NCBI GenBank assembly: GCA_000165425.1
Contig: CT868363.1
Location: forward strand, 310,001 to 374,000
Direction of reading: 5' to 3'
Source of the DNA: Paramecium tetraurelia
Taxonomy: Eukaryota
Length of the DNA stretch: 64,000 nucleotides
Shown piece after piece: positions 27,064 through 40,674 of this stretch; the stretch's first letter is position 1, and every line of letters starts with the position of its first letter. Under the pieces are notes generated by a model. It had not been told where the DNA came from. It did no database searches and saw only the letters and a list, made by a program, of their open reading frames with translations. The translations under genes were made by a program, and so were the position numbers.

Positions 27064-29480
27064 TCAAAAACTATTAATTTATTATAATATAGCAGATCTT
27101 TAAAGCATAAGACCCTATAAAACTTTCCTTTTTTCTTAAATCTGGAACTTATTTAATGAAAAGTTTTCATTTAATTCTCTTTCCAACTATCTAAAATTAA
27201 ATAAAAATACAACATACTTGATCTTTACTTCAAGATTTTGAAATTCAACTCTCAGTTATCCAATATCAACATATTATTGCTATCTTTATTACTACTGTTA
27301 TGGCTATTCCTATATTATTTATTATTGCTCATATTATCTCTATTATCTTGGTTCTTCTACTAGCATCTATGAGGATGCAGATGATTTACTATTCTAATTA
27401 GATTATCTTTATTTTAAAGACTATTATTATTAAGACATTTGGGATTAGTTATTTATGACTGGTTCCTCTATGATGATAGGTTGAATCTTAGGAGGTATCT
27501 AATTTAAGGGATGCTTTTTAGCCAAGTAATCTAAAATGTGAACAGTTCCTTTGTCTATTATCTATCTGCTAATCAATTTTGTTGGATTGCCATCAATTTG
27601 TAATGTTTTCAGAGACATGAAACCTAATATCGTAGGAAATGTTCTCATATTATTATTCTAAAGATTGAAATGCTATAAATTTGGCATTTTAAAATAGATT
27701 TCCTATATTTATATGCATAATTTACATCATTCAATTAATCAATTGAATTATTGCTAATATCAAGCACTTCTAGTATCGATTCTTTTTATAGTAAACTATC
27801 AATTGAGTCTATTTAGTTATATGCCAATAGTAATCTCCTTAATCTTGTTAAATCTGGTACAAAGTTAGGAATATTTTATAGTAAATTTTTCCCAAGATCA
27901 AGATGAATTACTATGAAAATAATATTAGAAATTACAATTTGGTAAATAGACTTATTCTCTTGATGGTAGGAATTGAATTTTATTTTATCTTAATTCCAAT
28001 TCGACCAAATCTGGTAAGTTGAATAAATAGAGCGATATTTAGGTAATTTTATTCTCATTAAAATTAACCTTCTTTAGATTTCTTAATTATTGGATTTGAT
28101 CTGGGATCATTTCAATATTATTTTATGAAAAATCAATGATGATCAGATTTGTCAATCGGAATACACAATTATCTATTAGATTGATGCTTTTTTGTCTAAT
28201 AGCTAATTCATCTTTATGCAAGAAATTCCTTAAGTATTCTTCCCATATGTTGTTCGATTAATATAATTATTATTTGAGTTTAGGGTCTGCCTATACTTCC
28301 AGTTTGGCAGCATCATCTGTTCTTTATTGAAGGTACTTTTTTAATTGAAGAGCACCTGCACTTCGAATGTTTGATCTGATGCACTTTAATGGATTTCCTT
28401 CAAGTTATATTCTAACTAATTAAGCTAAAAATCCTAATTAAGAAGGTAAGTCACCCAAATCATTATTTGATATATCAAGAGTCTTTAAATTCTTTAAGTT
28501 TATGATTTCTTTATGCAATTCTTTAATTTTATTATTATTGAGAAGAAGAACTGATAAATTTTGGATTCCTTCATAGCAATTATATACATCCAATTAATTA
28601 AAAGATAACTGTATTGAATCTAAACACTCATGATTATCGCCAAGCTACTCCTGGGTAAAATACTTAAGTTTGTTCTCTTTCAAATCCAATACTCTTAATT
28701 GGATTAAATTGTAGAATGCTCCTTCTTCTATGAATGCTATTTGATTTTTAGACAACTGAAGGTCTTCTAATTTCTTGCATTCTATTAAATCTGATTGTTT
28801 GATTGCTTGTATTTTATTCCCGATGGCAGATATCTTTTTGATCAATGGAGGTAAGTATGATGGAAGTTGTGCAAATTAATTATTGGTAATATCAAGTATC
28901 TCTAAATTTGGGAAGTAGAGGTTGTCAATTCCAGTTAGTTTATTATCTGCTAAATTTAATTCGACTATTGAATCAAGACGACATGAGAATTCTACCAATT
29001 GATTGTTTTGAAGTGTTAATGATTTCAAATTTTAAAATTGCTTTGTCAAATCAAAATGAAATCTGCCAATTTTGTTGTTTCCCAATCTTAACACTTATAA
29101 TTCTTGTAATCTAAGTAGTTTACAATAAAGGTTTACGTGTCATAAAGAGGGATATCTTGAATATTATTATTTGTTAAATCCAATTTTGTTAATGGACACT
29201 TCTACCACCATTCTTCACCTTCCAAATTAATGGTGTCAATATTAATGATCTCATCAGGAAAATCCTATAAATCATAATGCACCAGGGCCAAATTTCCAGT
29301 TTGCCAAGCCTTTTTAATTGCTGCTACAAATGCTTTATTATTGAGCAAATTTGATTTTCTTTTATTTGTTGTTTAAACTGGGACAACAAAATTGGCAGGT
29401 CCTTTCTCTTCTTTGATATCCTATTTTTATTAAAGATGGGCAAATGGCTTTTATTCTCTTAGGGGAACTCTATTTTTCAT
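27064..29480 (-). CDS. LRRC40: Leucine-rich repeat protein, LRRC40-like
   Basis: KKAWQTGNLAL...EEWWQKCPLTKLDLTNNNI N-terminus is typical of LRRC40; many LxxLxLxxN repeats; LEGNPLKCIR cap; Q-rich tail. Confidence 0.85.
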
Positions 29481-29797
29481 AAATAATTTTTGAAATATTT
29501 TATAAAACTTAATAATTTCTTTATAATTGATATTATTCAATTCAACCTGGTTTATATTTCTAAAAGGAATGTGAAGAATGTCTCAAATAATTAGAGTATA
29601 TTTTGTCTTCATTTTTAGATGGACAAATAAAATTGAAATAGTATAAATATAATTAATTAAATAAAGAGTTTGTTTGAATATTGAAGAGTTAATTTTTTTT
29701 CCAAGTAAAATATTTTGTATGCTTTTTTTTTTAATATTCCAATATTTTGCAGGTAAGTAGTGTTTCACTTGTGAAATCTAATAATATAATTAAAACA

Positions 29798-30843
29798 ATG
29801 CTAAAAAAGTGTACAGACAATCCAAAAATAGCAGAAACTTTAAAATAACTGGTTTAAGAACGTGGACAAAAGAGATGGCCAGAAATTGCAAAAGTGTTAG
29901 AATCGATGTATGACATAAAAATTGAAATTCCATTTACTTTGAAAGCGATATACCAAGATATAATGAATCCAAGACCAGGTCTAAACACTGAACAATTAAA
30001 ATTATTGGTCACTACAGCCATGAAATATAGATCAGTAATCAGATTGGCATTGCCAGAGTTCTAAAAAGTGTCAGGAATAGGGTTTTACATATAGTTATGA
30101 TTTTTAGTATTTCGAGGCACAAATTTGTAAGCAGATTATACAGATTTTACAAGAACACAATTTTAGCAGGAATTCAGATTTTCATAAGAAATAAAATGGA
30201 TTACCGAAAAAGATTAGCTAAGTTCCCAGGGTAATCAATTGGAAGGATTTTATAGTGTAAGGAATTGACAGGAGAGGATGATTTCACTTAAAGATTAAAA
30301 TTAATGGCAGATCAATTGGAGATACTATTAAATTGTTATTTATCATTGGAAGATGAGAGGGACTACTCTTTATTGTATGATATTCTAACCCCAAGAATGA
30401 ATAAGAAAACCTTTTTCTTGTTGTTGAATTGTATCTCGTTCATGGATGATTTGAGATGCATTTAATAGAATGTTATTAAATCAGATGAGGAATTGATGCC
30501 TGATTATTGGTTATAGCCTACAATCAAGGAGAACAAAGAACTTTTGGTCTACAAAAGATTATTCTTAGATGATATGGATTACAAATTTAGAATGTACACT
30601 GATTCTTAGGATGTTCAAACCGAGATAGACTTCAAATTCTTCTTAAATAATGCATACATGAAACCAAAGTCAGTTGTAACTTAGAGATCAGTAAAGTTAA
30701 AAACTGTAAGAGGGAAAATCACAGTGAATGATAAAAAATATCCAAGTGATAAAACTATCATCTTTGATTAACCAGAAGAGGAGAGTGAGTAGGAAGGTTA
30801 TGAGATAGATTTTAAAAAGCATAGATTATTAAATAAGGATTGA
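29798..30843 (+). CDS. Degenerate Myb/SANT-like protein (paralog B)
   Basis: NPKIAETLKQLVQERGQKRWPEIAKVLE...; intron after SGI as in paralog A; tail VKLKTVRGKITVNDKKYPSDKTIIFDQPEEESE. Confidence 0.8.
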
Positions 30844-31531
30844 TATTATAAAATTATTTAATATTATTATTGCTATATAAAAATCAAATACTAAATTATA
30901 AAATTACTTCAATTCTCTTATATCTATTCATTAGTATTAATGAATCTTATATTACTAATACTAAAGGATAAACCTCAAAAATTAGTTAAAGGATTTAACT
31001 AATATTAATCAATTTCATATCTAAAATAAATAGGAGAACTAGAGATCTGAAGTATTTATAAGTATAATATTAAGAATTATCTCAAAATATTCCAAAAAAA
31101 AAATAATTTGGAGTTAAATTAAAAGATAAAGAGATCTGTATAATTAGCAAGTATATGATATCAAAAATAACCTATCCTATTTATGCATATAATACAATTT
31201 GCCAAAATAAGAATGTTGAATTATTAGTTTTACAATCATTAATTAATATTATTTATTAACTCCACTAAATGAAGAATCAAATTATTAAACTCATATCAGA
31301 AATGAAGGAGCGAGAAATAAATTTTAGAGAGTTCCCAAATTTAGATTATTTAAATTGTTATGAAATCGATTACTATTTAGGGTGTTTATTGAAATTGAAA
31401 TAGTTATCTCTGCGGTATTATTTAGTTTAGCATTTTTAGATTTAGTTTGTTATTCAACTGTAATATATAATTTCTCAGGTATGCAGAAAATTTTAATAAA
31501 TAACACTTTACATAATTTAATTTAATTATTA

Positions 31532-32413
31532 ATGTTCGGTGATTAAAAGAAAACCTTAATAATTGGAACATTCGGTGTTGTAGCTTTGGCTGCTTATATA
31601 TGGTAGGTCTTTGATAAGAAACAAAAACCTAAACTTACATAAACCATTAGTGATGAGATATTAATCAAGTTTATAAAGCAATTAAGGGCTTTATCATTCC
31701 CACACCTTTTTTTAGTATCAGACGTAGTCAAATAGCAGAGAATCGAATACAAAGGGGATCATTAAGAAATTTTCATCAGAATTAAATAGGAAATAGACCT
31801 TCTCTTTGAAAAGAAATAATAAATGATTCTTTTCAAGTTAGAACTTGATTATAATGAAGTTCAATAAAGTCTTCAGTTGAGTGAAAATGAAGAAGTCAAG
31901 AATTTATAAGCTTAATTTTTAAAATTATATGAAGATTCACTTGATGGCATTTAACCAGAAATAAAATTAAGTGAGTAGACTCTAGCAAAATTTAATTAGG
32001 CGAAATCGCTTAAAATATTGGGTTAAGTATTAGCTGTATCTGTCAATTTGATTTGTTTGGCAACAGAGGAACTAATGTTAAGATCAGATTGCCCATAGGT
32101 ATTTAATTTGGATCAACCAATTGTCATGAAGGCATTGATAAAGAATGGTTTGATTGACAAAAAATTAGAGTTGCTTTCCTCATTATAAATCAACGAATAT
32201 GAAAAAGAGGAACCATGTCCAATCGAATTATTTTCCAAATTGATTTAATATTACAAATTGGAGAATCCCAAATTTAAATAATGTGTTGAAGACATAGAAA
32301 ATTTATATGAGAATATTATTCAAAAAATATTAAAGAAGGAAATAGATTCAGAAAGCGCAAGAAGCGCATCAACTAAGATAGATATCGATGAAATTATAAA
32401 GAAACTTACATGA
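31532..32413 (+). CDS. N-terminally anchored membrane protein of unknown function
   Basis: 293-aa intronless frame; TM LIIGTFGVVALAAYIW followed by a helical domain. Confidence 0.8.
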
Positions 32414-32416
32414 ATT

Positions 32417-32730
32417 TCATAAATCGTACTCTTCTGTCTTTTATTCCATTTATTTTTATTCTTCCACTTCTTAAACTCTCTCACGAATTTTGCCACCTTT
32501 AGTATTCAATTACTTCTGCAATTCTTGAAGTAAAAGAGATGGAGGAAATGGAGCACTTCCTTCAATTGTTAATCTAATATTTAAAACTATTAATTAAACT
32601 TAGCAGGAGGTGTTTAAATCTATGGTATTTCTCTGGAATCAACACTGAATTCTATTTGATCTTAATAATTTGTAATTCTTTTAAAATCAATTTGTTCTAT
32701 AAAATGTTTAAATATTATTCCATTTTCCAT
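32417..32730 (-). CDS. Small hypothetical protein
   Basis: MENGIIFKHFIEQ..., one 26-nt intron, ...EGSAPFPPSLLLQELQKQ...EEYDL*. Confidence 0.65.
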
Positions 32731-33523
32731 TTTTTAAACAGTCTTAATAAAAATGAGTTAATACTGCTGGCAAGAGGTTAAAATTATCCGAATATAGATA
32801 GTAAATGACGGCCACTATGGAGGAGCTAATAAAAGTCAAAGATTGCTGGATTAAACTAAAGAGAACAATAAATAATATCGGATAATATTTATTTTTTAGT
32901 TACATTGGAAAAATCAGGAATTTACTTTGACCATTAGGTATCATAAGACAACTTTAAATAAAATGATAGTTCATACTCTTGAATGATGAAAAATATGGCA
33001 AAGTTCCATAAACTATATGCTGGTGCTTAAGAAAAGGGAGGATAAATGAATGAAAAGACAAATTGTAATAGGAGGCAAATTGACTAAATTTAATTCGTTT
33101 ATATACTTAAGTGATAAAACCTTGAATAAAAATTATGATAATGAATTAAACTGTGCCGTTCTTGGTTTCAAAATCTTTCAATCTATTAGAAATGCATATG
33201 ATAGCTAATATCATATCAATACTGTAATCTAGAGAATATTATGAAATTGAAGCATACAATGAACAAAATTTGCAAAGAACAATCTCTAGATTTAAAAAGG
33301 TATTGTTGAATCTGGGGAATTGCTGAGGATGTCAAAGGCATAATGTGTAAATAAATCAATTAATCCAAAAATTGATGAAATTGTTAAGATAAGTTTTGTT
33401 CCAAATAGATGTGATTACCACCATGTTTTAAGGAAGGAATCTAGTCCTGGTTACTAATTTACATTATTCTCCATTTTTTATTGATTCATTATATTAATAT
33501 ATTTTATATATTCTAATAATAAA

Positions 33524-36121
33524 TCACTTGAATACAACTGCATAAGTGTTGTTTTATTAAGTGAATTCAATATTGAATGAAGGTACATTCTACCAGCTAC
33601 TCAATTTCAACTGTTTTATCTACTCAGTTGTGAGTACTTTCAATTATTAGGTGTCTGCTGCATTTACAAAAGTAATTGGTTTCATATTATTTCTATTTGG
33701 CTGTTTGCTTAAGTCTTTACTCCATTTATTTGGTTAAGTGCCATTAAACTTCCAAGCCAAAACAGTCAATTTGTTATCTGAAACGAAAGTAAATTCCTCA
33801 ACTTATCCATTCTATTTTCTTTAACCTTTGCTAATTGCCTCTTAAGTATACAATTAAGCCAATAGATTAGGTTATGCTCTATAATTAATCCTGCTGATTT
33901 CAATTGATTAAGTTCCATAAAAGGTTAATGTGCTATCGTATAATTATTCATTTAAGAAATCCAAAAGGATTACCAAAGTATACTTGCCCTTTTATAATTC
34001 AACATTGACATTTAATGTTTTGAATTGCCCGTAATCCTAAGCAATCAATTATTGTTATCCATCAAAAATCAATAATCTAGCATAACAATAATCATATTTT
34101 TTAGATATGTTATTTCTAAAATATCTTTCATCTCTTTAATGTAACCTGAATGTGGCAACAGTATCTTGACGAACTTCCACATAAAAGGATGAATAAGCAT
34201 CATTATTTGTTTTCAAATTATAACTGATATGGTAATTGTTAGGCACACATTTAGCAATTGTTATTTATTTACCTGCAATGCTCTTAAGGGGTACTTTGAA
34301 TTCCCCTTCTGGTTACGCTGTACTTGGTTGATTACTTATCCAACCCCAAGGATTACGTAAAGTAACATCCTTGCCATCTTAATTCAAAAATGTAAAAATT
34401 CCATCAGGCATGTGTACCAAAGCGACATCATTCGAAGTCAAAGATTTCAAAACATTTTCATTTATTTATTCAACAGTAGTAGGTGCTCCTGTAGTTTCCT
34501 AAAGAAAATCAGCCACTGTAGCAATTTTAAATGCATCTTCATAACTTCCATATTCCTTTGCAAATGCCTTTTCAATAATGAAGGGCCATATTTCTGATTA
34601 ATAACCAGGATTGGATTTTTGTAATGATCTAAATAATCCATAATGATCAATACTTTAATTTATTATTATCAATGGTAGTCCTTGCTCCAACTGGTTCTCC
34701 TTTAAAGTAACCGAGCAAGTCATCAACTAAGATATATTTCCACACTCCTCCTATACATAATCGAGCATAATAAAATCCAAATTCATTAATAACTTGATCT
34801 TCCAAAATTCTAGTTATTAATTATGGTTTTTCAGCAATTGCAGCCAATACTTGCATCAGAGTACCTGATTATTATCCAGGCAGTATATCATTTGGATCAA
34901 CTACTTGATGAGTATCTTATTCTCTTCCAAGATTGTACCTCTTGAAATCGACTTAGCCATGTCCAAATACTTGAAACACTTACAAATCATTAGGAGGAAA
35001 TGTTGGATCTGTATATTCTTTTTATGGTGCAAATTTCAATGACAACTTCTTGCTTACTTCTATATTGTTCTTGGGCTCCAAAGCTAGAATCTTATCATCT
35101 GGCATAGTTTTGATATTCTTAGCAATGTCTTTGACAACCTAAGTATTCTTTCCTCTCCTTACAAAACTGGGTCTGTTTTCTGCAACTTATGGTCCTTTTT
35201 CTTACTCTTGGTCATCTTAATCAATTCTATTTTATTGAGGTTATTGTTGTTAATTTCCTTTGCTGTTGGATTAATCATTTTTAGAAGGCTATTCATTCTT
35301 TTTAGGTTACTCTACTTTGGCTGGTTATTCAACCTTACTTGGCTCTTCCAATTTAGGGGGTTATTAATTCTTTTGATCTTCTTTTGAAGCAGAAGGTTTG
35401 TTTGAAATTGATTTTGCAGGATCAACGATATCCTTTGGTGCAGGAGTAGGAGTTTATTTTTGGTTCTATTATGTCTTATTAGTAACAGGGGTTTGTGATT
35501 AGGAGGGTTATTATTGAGGTGTCTTAGTTTATTAAGGAGTCTTTGTTTATTGCGGGGTTTATGATTACTAAGATGGTTGAGGTTGTGCTTGGGGTGTTTT
35601 AGTTTGAGATTGTTATTATGCAGGAGTCTTCTATTAGGATTATGGTTATTTTGGATCTGGAGTTTGAAATGGCTGAGTAGTGTTAGGTTTTGCAGGAGTT
35701 TATTATGATTACTTTTATTGTTATTGTTATTGGGGTGTGTCCTTGTTTCCTGTATTATTCTGTGTTTATGTTTATCCTTTCTTCGGATCTGTGTTTGATA
35801 TTTCTTGATCGCCCTTTTTACTTGTACTTTGAGGAGGAGGTGTACTAGGTATAATCGAGCTATTGTTGGACTTAATTATCATTTGATGATATTTACTTTA
35901 TCTATTTTGGAATCATTTCTACTCTTCTTTTTCAATAGACTGTCAAGAAAATCAGGATCTGTGTTTTGATTTTTGAATTTTTCATCATCATCATCGACTT
36001 TGCTTCTTGCAAAACTAGAGATGCCAGGATCATCGTCGTCATCATCTTAGATGTCACGAGCCCTACCAGTTAACTATCTCATGTTGGGTCTACGGTTAAT
36101 TAGCTAACTTGTCTAATACAT
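33524..36121 (-). CDS. Calpain-like (CysPc) protein, predicted catalytically inactive, with Q/T/P-rich N-terminus
   Basis: YTDPTFPP, DPNDI, GFYYARLCIGGVWKYILVDD, LFEKAFAKEYGSYE and LRNPWG calpain motifs. The QGxxGDCW site reads PGQQSGTLM. Confidence 0.88.
35440..35745 (-). repeat. Low-complexity (Q/K)TP-Q repeats in the calpain-like N-terminus
   Basis: Repeated QTPA, KTPQ, QTPQQ and KTPQQ units in translation. Confidence 0.7.
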
Positions 36122-37154
36122 AATAAAAATTTAATTATTCTTCTAAGATTGAATTTTGATATTATTTGTTCATCATATCAATATATAAAATTAGAATGTT
36201 TATACAATTATACCCAGGAAACAAATAATAAGCAAGGTTTTTAAATGACTAGATCAATATATATTTAACTTCATTATGAAATAAAATTATATATTAACAT
36301 TTGACAAGTTTTGTAAAATTAGTAAATCTAAATAAATATCAAGATTTTTCTTAAATAATCGACCAAATTATTTTATATAAAAGGAATGGAGATCTTTGTT
36401 GTTCATTCATTTATGTGTTTAAATATTCCATCTATCGTAAAAAAATGATAATAGATTTTGTTTAATTTAATCTCATAAAATTACTATTGGATATTTTAAG
36501 CAAACAGAAAAGAACTTTCTCGAATTTCTGTTAATAAACAGATATAGCAGAAAATCATTCACTTGAGTTGATTTACTAGTAATTTAAAGGTTTAAATTTA
36601 TATTGTTATATAATAGGATTTTTTATGTTTTTAATAAAATCTAGTAAAAATAAACCCAAAAATAGAGCTTTTCTTTATAATTCCTATTGAATAGTGAGTT
36701 GCATATGAAAATTCGATTGTTTCTTCTTTAATTTGTTTATGTTCAATTGTTGCAATACATTTCCTTATATATTCAGTTAAAATTGTTGTAATAAATAAAA
36801 ATACATCTAGACATGAGACAGTATTTCGATTGTATCAAAATTATAAGTTATTATAAATGATTTTTCATCATTTGAATGCAGGGTAAGCAGAAAGTGGATT
36901 TAGTTATATTTGGCCAATTTCAAATAGAGGATAGGAAAGAGAATGTACGTAATGTTGTCCTTCAATATTATACTCTATTTGATTTTAAAGAAGATATAAT
37001 TAATTTATTTGATGATTAGATAAATTATGAATGCAGATGTATTCTATTTGTAGGCTTAAGACTTTACAGGCTTTGGAGAGGGCGAAGTAATCATTGTGGA
37101 TTGGGTAAATGTTGATGTCACTATTATTATAGGTGTTATTTATTATTAATAATA

Positions 37155-38328
37155 ATGGGAGTATATATTTCAAGGTTTTGTAAATACTTCAGAGGAAAAG
37201 AATCAAGAGTTTATTAATCGCAAAATTCAGGAACATTGTCATTGCACAAATCCAAAATATTGGTGTAGAACAACTCCGATGGGTATGATTCGGAGCCAGA
37301 GTAACATTTCCATCATGCTGAGTCACTTGCAAAAATTAAATGGAAGAGAGGAGAATTGATTGGACAAGGGTCTTTTGGGAGAGTTTTTAAATGTATGGAT
37401 ATAAAGACTGGGAGGATACTAGCTGTAAAACAAATCGAATTGGATTATGTGGACAAAGAAAGTTTAGAGTCGTTTCATTAGGAGATCAAAATACTTTAGT
37501 AACTGAAGCATAAAAATATAGTTGAATATTATGGATGTGATGAGGATAGAAGTCATTTGAGCATCTTATTAGAATACGTAGGAGGTACCAGTGTGCATTA
37601 TCAAATCAGGTGGCTCCATTTCCCACATGATGAGGAAATTCAAGTTGAAACTACAAGAACCAGTCATTCAGAAATATGTGACGGACATACTCCATGGTCT
37701 TGTTTATTTACATAACAAGGGAATCATCCATCGAGACATCAAAGGAGCAAATATCATTGTGGATACCAAAGGCGTTTGCAAACTAGCAGATTTCGGGTGT
37801 AGCATAATAGGGGTGAATGCTTATTCATTAAAGGGCACTCCCAATTGGATGGCTCCAGAGGTAATCAACTCCTAAGAGACAGGAAGATACTCTGATATAT
37901 GGAGTCTAGGATGCACAATAATAGAAATGCTGACTGGGGAACCTCCATGGGGAAGATTCCAAAGTCCCATGTAAGCTTTGATGACTATTTCATCTAAGCA
38001 ATGCTCACCTCCCATTCCAAATAATATATCTCAAAATCTAATGGACTTTTTGAATAAGTGTCTCTAGTTTGATCATAAAAAAAGATGGAAAGCTAAGTAA
38101 TTGTTATAGCACCCATTCATCATATCTATCCCAAAAAAACTATTGAAAACAGATTAATTGATATTTCAACGCAAATCCACAGATTAGTACAATAATTTAG
38201 ATCTTCATGTGGCCCCCTAATTGGAAGATAACAAGAAAAATGAGGAATATTTAGATAAGGAATCTTATCACATGATTCTTTCTAAACAATCTTCTGCGAT
38301 AAGTGATGAAAAACATTTATAGTATTGA
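37155..38328 (+). CDS. STE11/NPK1-like MAP3K, predicted N-myristoylated
   Basis: MGVYIS start; [54 protein letters not shown]; one intron. Confidence 0.93.
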
Positions 38329-38512
38329 TCTTGTTATATAGTTTACATTCATAATTACTATTTTAAATATCAATCATTTTAGTACAAAATAAATCTGTTT
38401 AGGTTTTGGATTAACTCTCTCTATGTTCAATCCTCTATTTAAATTTAGATATAATAATTCTAACCAAAAATTTAAAATTATATAAATGATATATGTTCAA
38501 GTATTCTTTTTT

Positions 38513-40658
38513 TCATTATTTACAATATTTATTTGCTTTTAATTTTTGTAGATTGCGTTTCACCTACAATATAAAAATTCACATTTACATTCATTGTCAT
38601 TGCATGCATAGTCCCCAAATGGATTTCTAATAAAGTTATAGCAAACATGTAACAATTCTCAGCAGCGAACAAATTGCCATTCTAATGCAAAGCACATCCT
38701 AAATTATTGAATGTTATGGCATTCTCGATGTTCTCATCCCCAATAGAACTTTCTCTTATCATTCTTGCTTTCATAAATGCTCTTACTGCCAATTCATATT
38801 CCTGCATATGATACAACACTGAACCAATCCCACAATAAGGTCTAAAGAATATGAATTATTTATTTTTACAAGGCTTTATCTGGATGTTCTGCTTATAACT
38901 TATCAGTATGAAATTTCACTCTAAGAAACTTATTCAAAGCTGCTTCATCCTATCCTGCTATCTCATAAATCTATCCACCAAAGTACTCGAAAAACACCAT
39001 TTCAGAATCATGTAATTCTGTTAGAGACTGCCATAATTCTTGTGCTTGATTTAAATTTTGCATAGCTAAGAAATAATTTTATTAAGTAAATGACATTAAT
39101 GATGCTTCTACCATAGTTCTCACCTACTAAGGTGGATCATGTGGATAAAGACATTCGGGTAACATTACTGGAGCAACTGTTATGTGACTTAACGTGCTTA
39201 ATTCATTTAGGTCTCTAAGAGGATTATTTTACTTAGTTTTTTTTACAAAGTCAATAAAATATTAATAAGTACAGATTCTTGGTGGCTATACTAAAGGCTC
39301 CCATTCTAAGATATTAATAATTAGTCAATACAATATTTCATTGGTTATTCTCCTTTTTTCAATTGTTATTTAGGTTAAGGTTTATTCTTGTTTTTCTTGT
39401 CTTCTTCCAACTTTCTGGCCAACTCCTCTCTTTTTTCTTTTTCCTTGATTGCTTTAACAAAATCTTAAGCCAAATCAACTTAAGATTTTAATTCTGGAAA
39501 TGGTGGTAAATCTTGTTAGAAAAATTACCAAATCTCCTTAATATCCAGTTAATCTGGTTTACGAGTAAGAAATAAGTAATTTTATTATTTCATGTCCTAT
39601 TCTTCAGATTAAGGATTAATTTGTTCCTGTACAAATTCATCTGTTTTGTCCTGCATTTCATAATATTTTTTGATTAATGCCAAATGCTTTGATTTATCTT
39701 CATGAACTCTATTGCCATTTTTTTATATTTCAATCATTTTGGTAAAGAATCTTATAATCAAAGGTGAAATTTCTTTCTTTGAATCCTGTTAAACTTCTCT
39801 GTTTGTAATATCTGTAGCCATTTTACACAATAAGAATTAGAATTCCAAATAAGAAATTTTAGGATCTCCAGAATAATGTTATGGTTTGAATCTTCCACTA
39901 TTGATTGTTTCACATATTTGTTAAATTAAATTGGATTAGTAAAATTAATTTTCTTTTGGTGTTATTGCAGGTATTATTCTCATGCATAAATCTTCAATAT
40001 TCTCATAATTATAATGAACAGGATGGATGTTCATGTCTTATAGCATTTGGATAAATGAAAATATTGGAATCCTGAGATTCATCAACTTAATTTCCTTCCA
40101 AGTTAACATGAGTTCATTTTTATAATAATTTTCAGGTAAATACATTGTAAATAAAGCTTAAATGTCTTCCTCATATGCAATTATAGTCTTAATTACTTAT
40201 TCATGAAGCAACTTACGATTTGGATCATCGAGTATCAACATTCTGATTTATGTTTTTTTTTTATTATCTATGAAAATATCCTTAAGGATGAGATCCAAGT
40301 ATTTCTTTTACCCTTAATGCAAAGCCTTGCCCAAAGCATCTATCATCCTCAAGAATTTGGTTCTGCTAAATTTTGGTGTATCATCCTTAATTATATTTAT
40401 GGGTTCCTTGGCTCCTTTCTTTGGAGCTTGAGCAACTTTTTAGACTATCTCCTCCAAGGCATGGTATTCCTGATATAAGTTGAAGTAGAAATTGAAGTTG
40501 AACTTTGCAGTGATCATTTCTCTTTCCAAGAGGAAAGTCAAGAACTCATGAAATCTCATATTATTGTTCTCTGCCTTGCATATTACCTGATTAAATAAAT
40601 CGTCCAATCGTTTTTAGTCTTCCAAACTCATTCCTGCTACTATTTATTGTTCTTACAT
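38513..40658 (-). CDS. Protein with C-terminal TPR repeats
   Basis: Continuous code-6 frame with tiny introns; TPRs GSVLYHMQEYELAVRAFMKA and AITFNNLGCALHQNGNLFAAENCY. An alternative start at 40631 is possible. Confidence 0.82.
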
Positions 40659-40674
40659 TATTATAATAATGTAA
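40653..40674. promoter_or_regulatory. 22-bp perfect palindrome TTACATTATTATAATAATGTAA containing both divergent start codons
   Basis: The sequence equals its own reverse complement. CAT at 40656-58 and ATG at 40669-71, each read ATG-TAA (Met-Gln). Confidence 0.6.

Noticed and set aside
35440..35745. Tandem repeat resembling a non-coding array or CRISPR
   Set aside because: Imperfect, codon-phased Q/T/P low-complexity coding sequence with no constant repeat-spacer structure.
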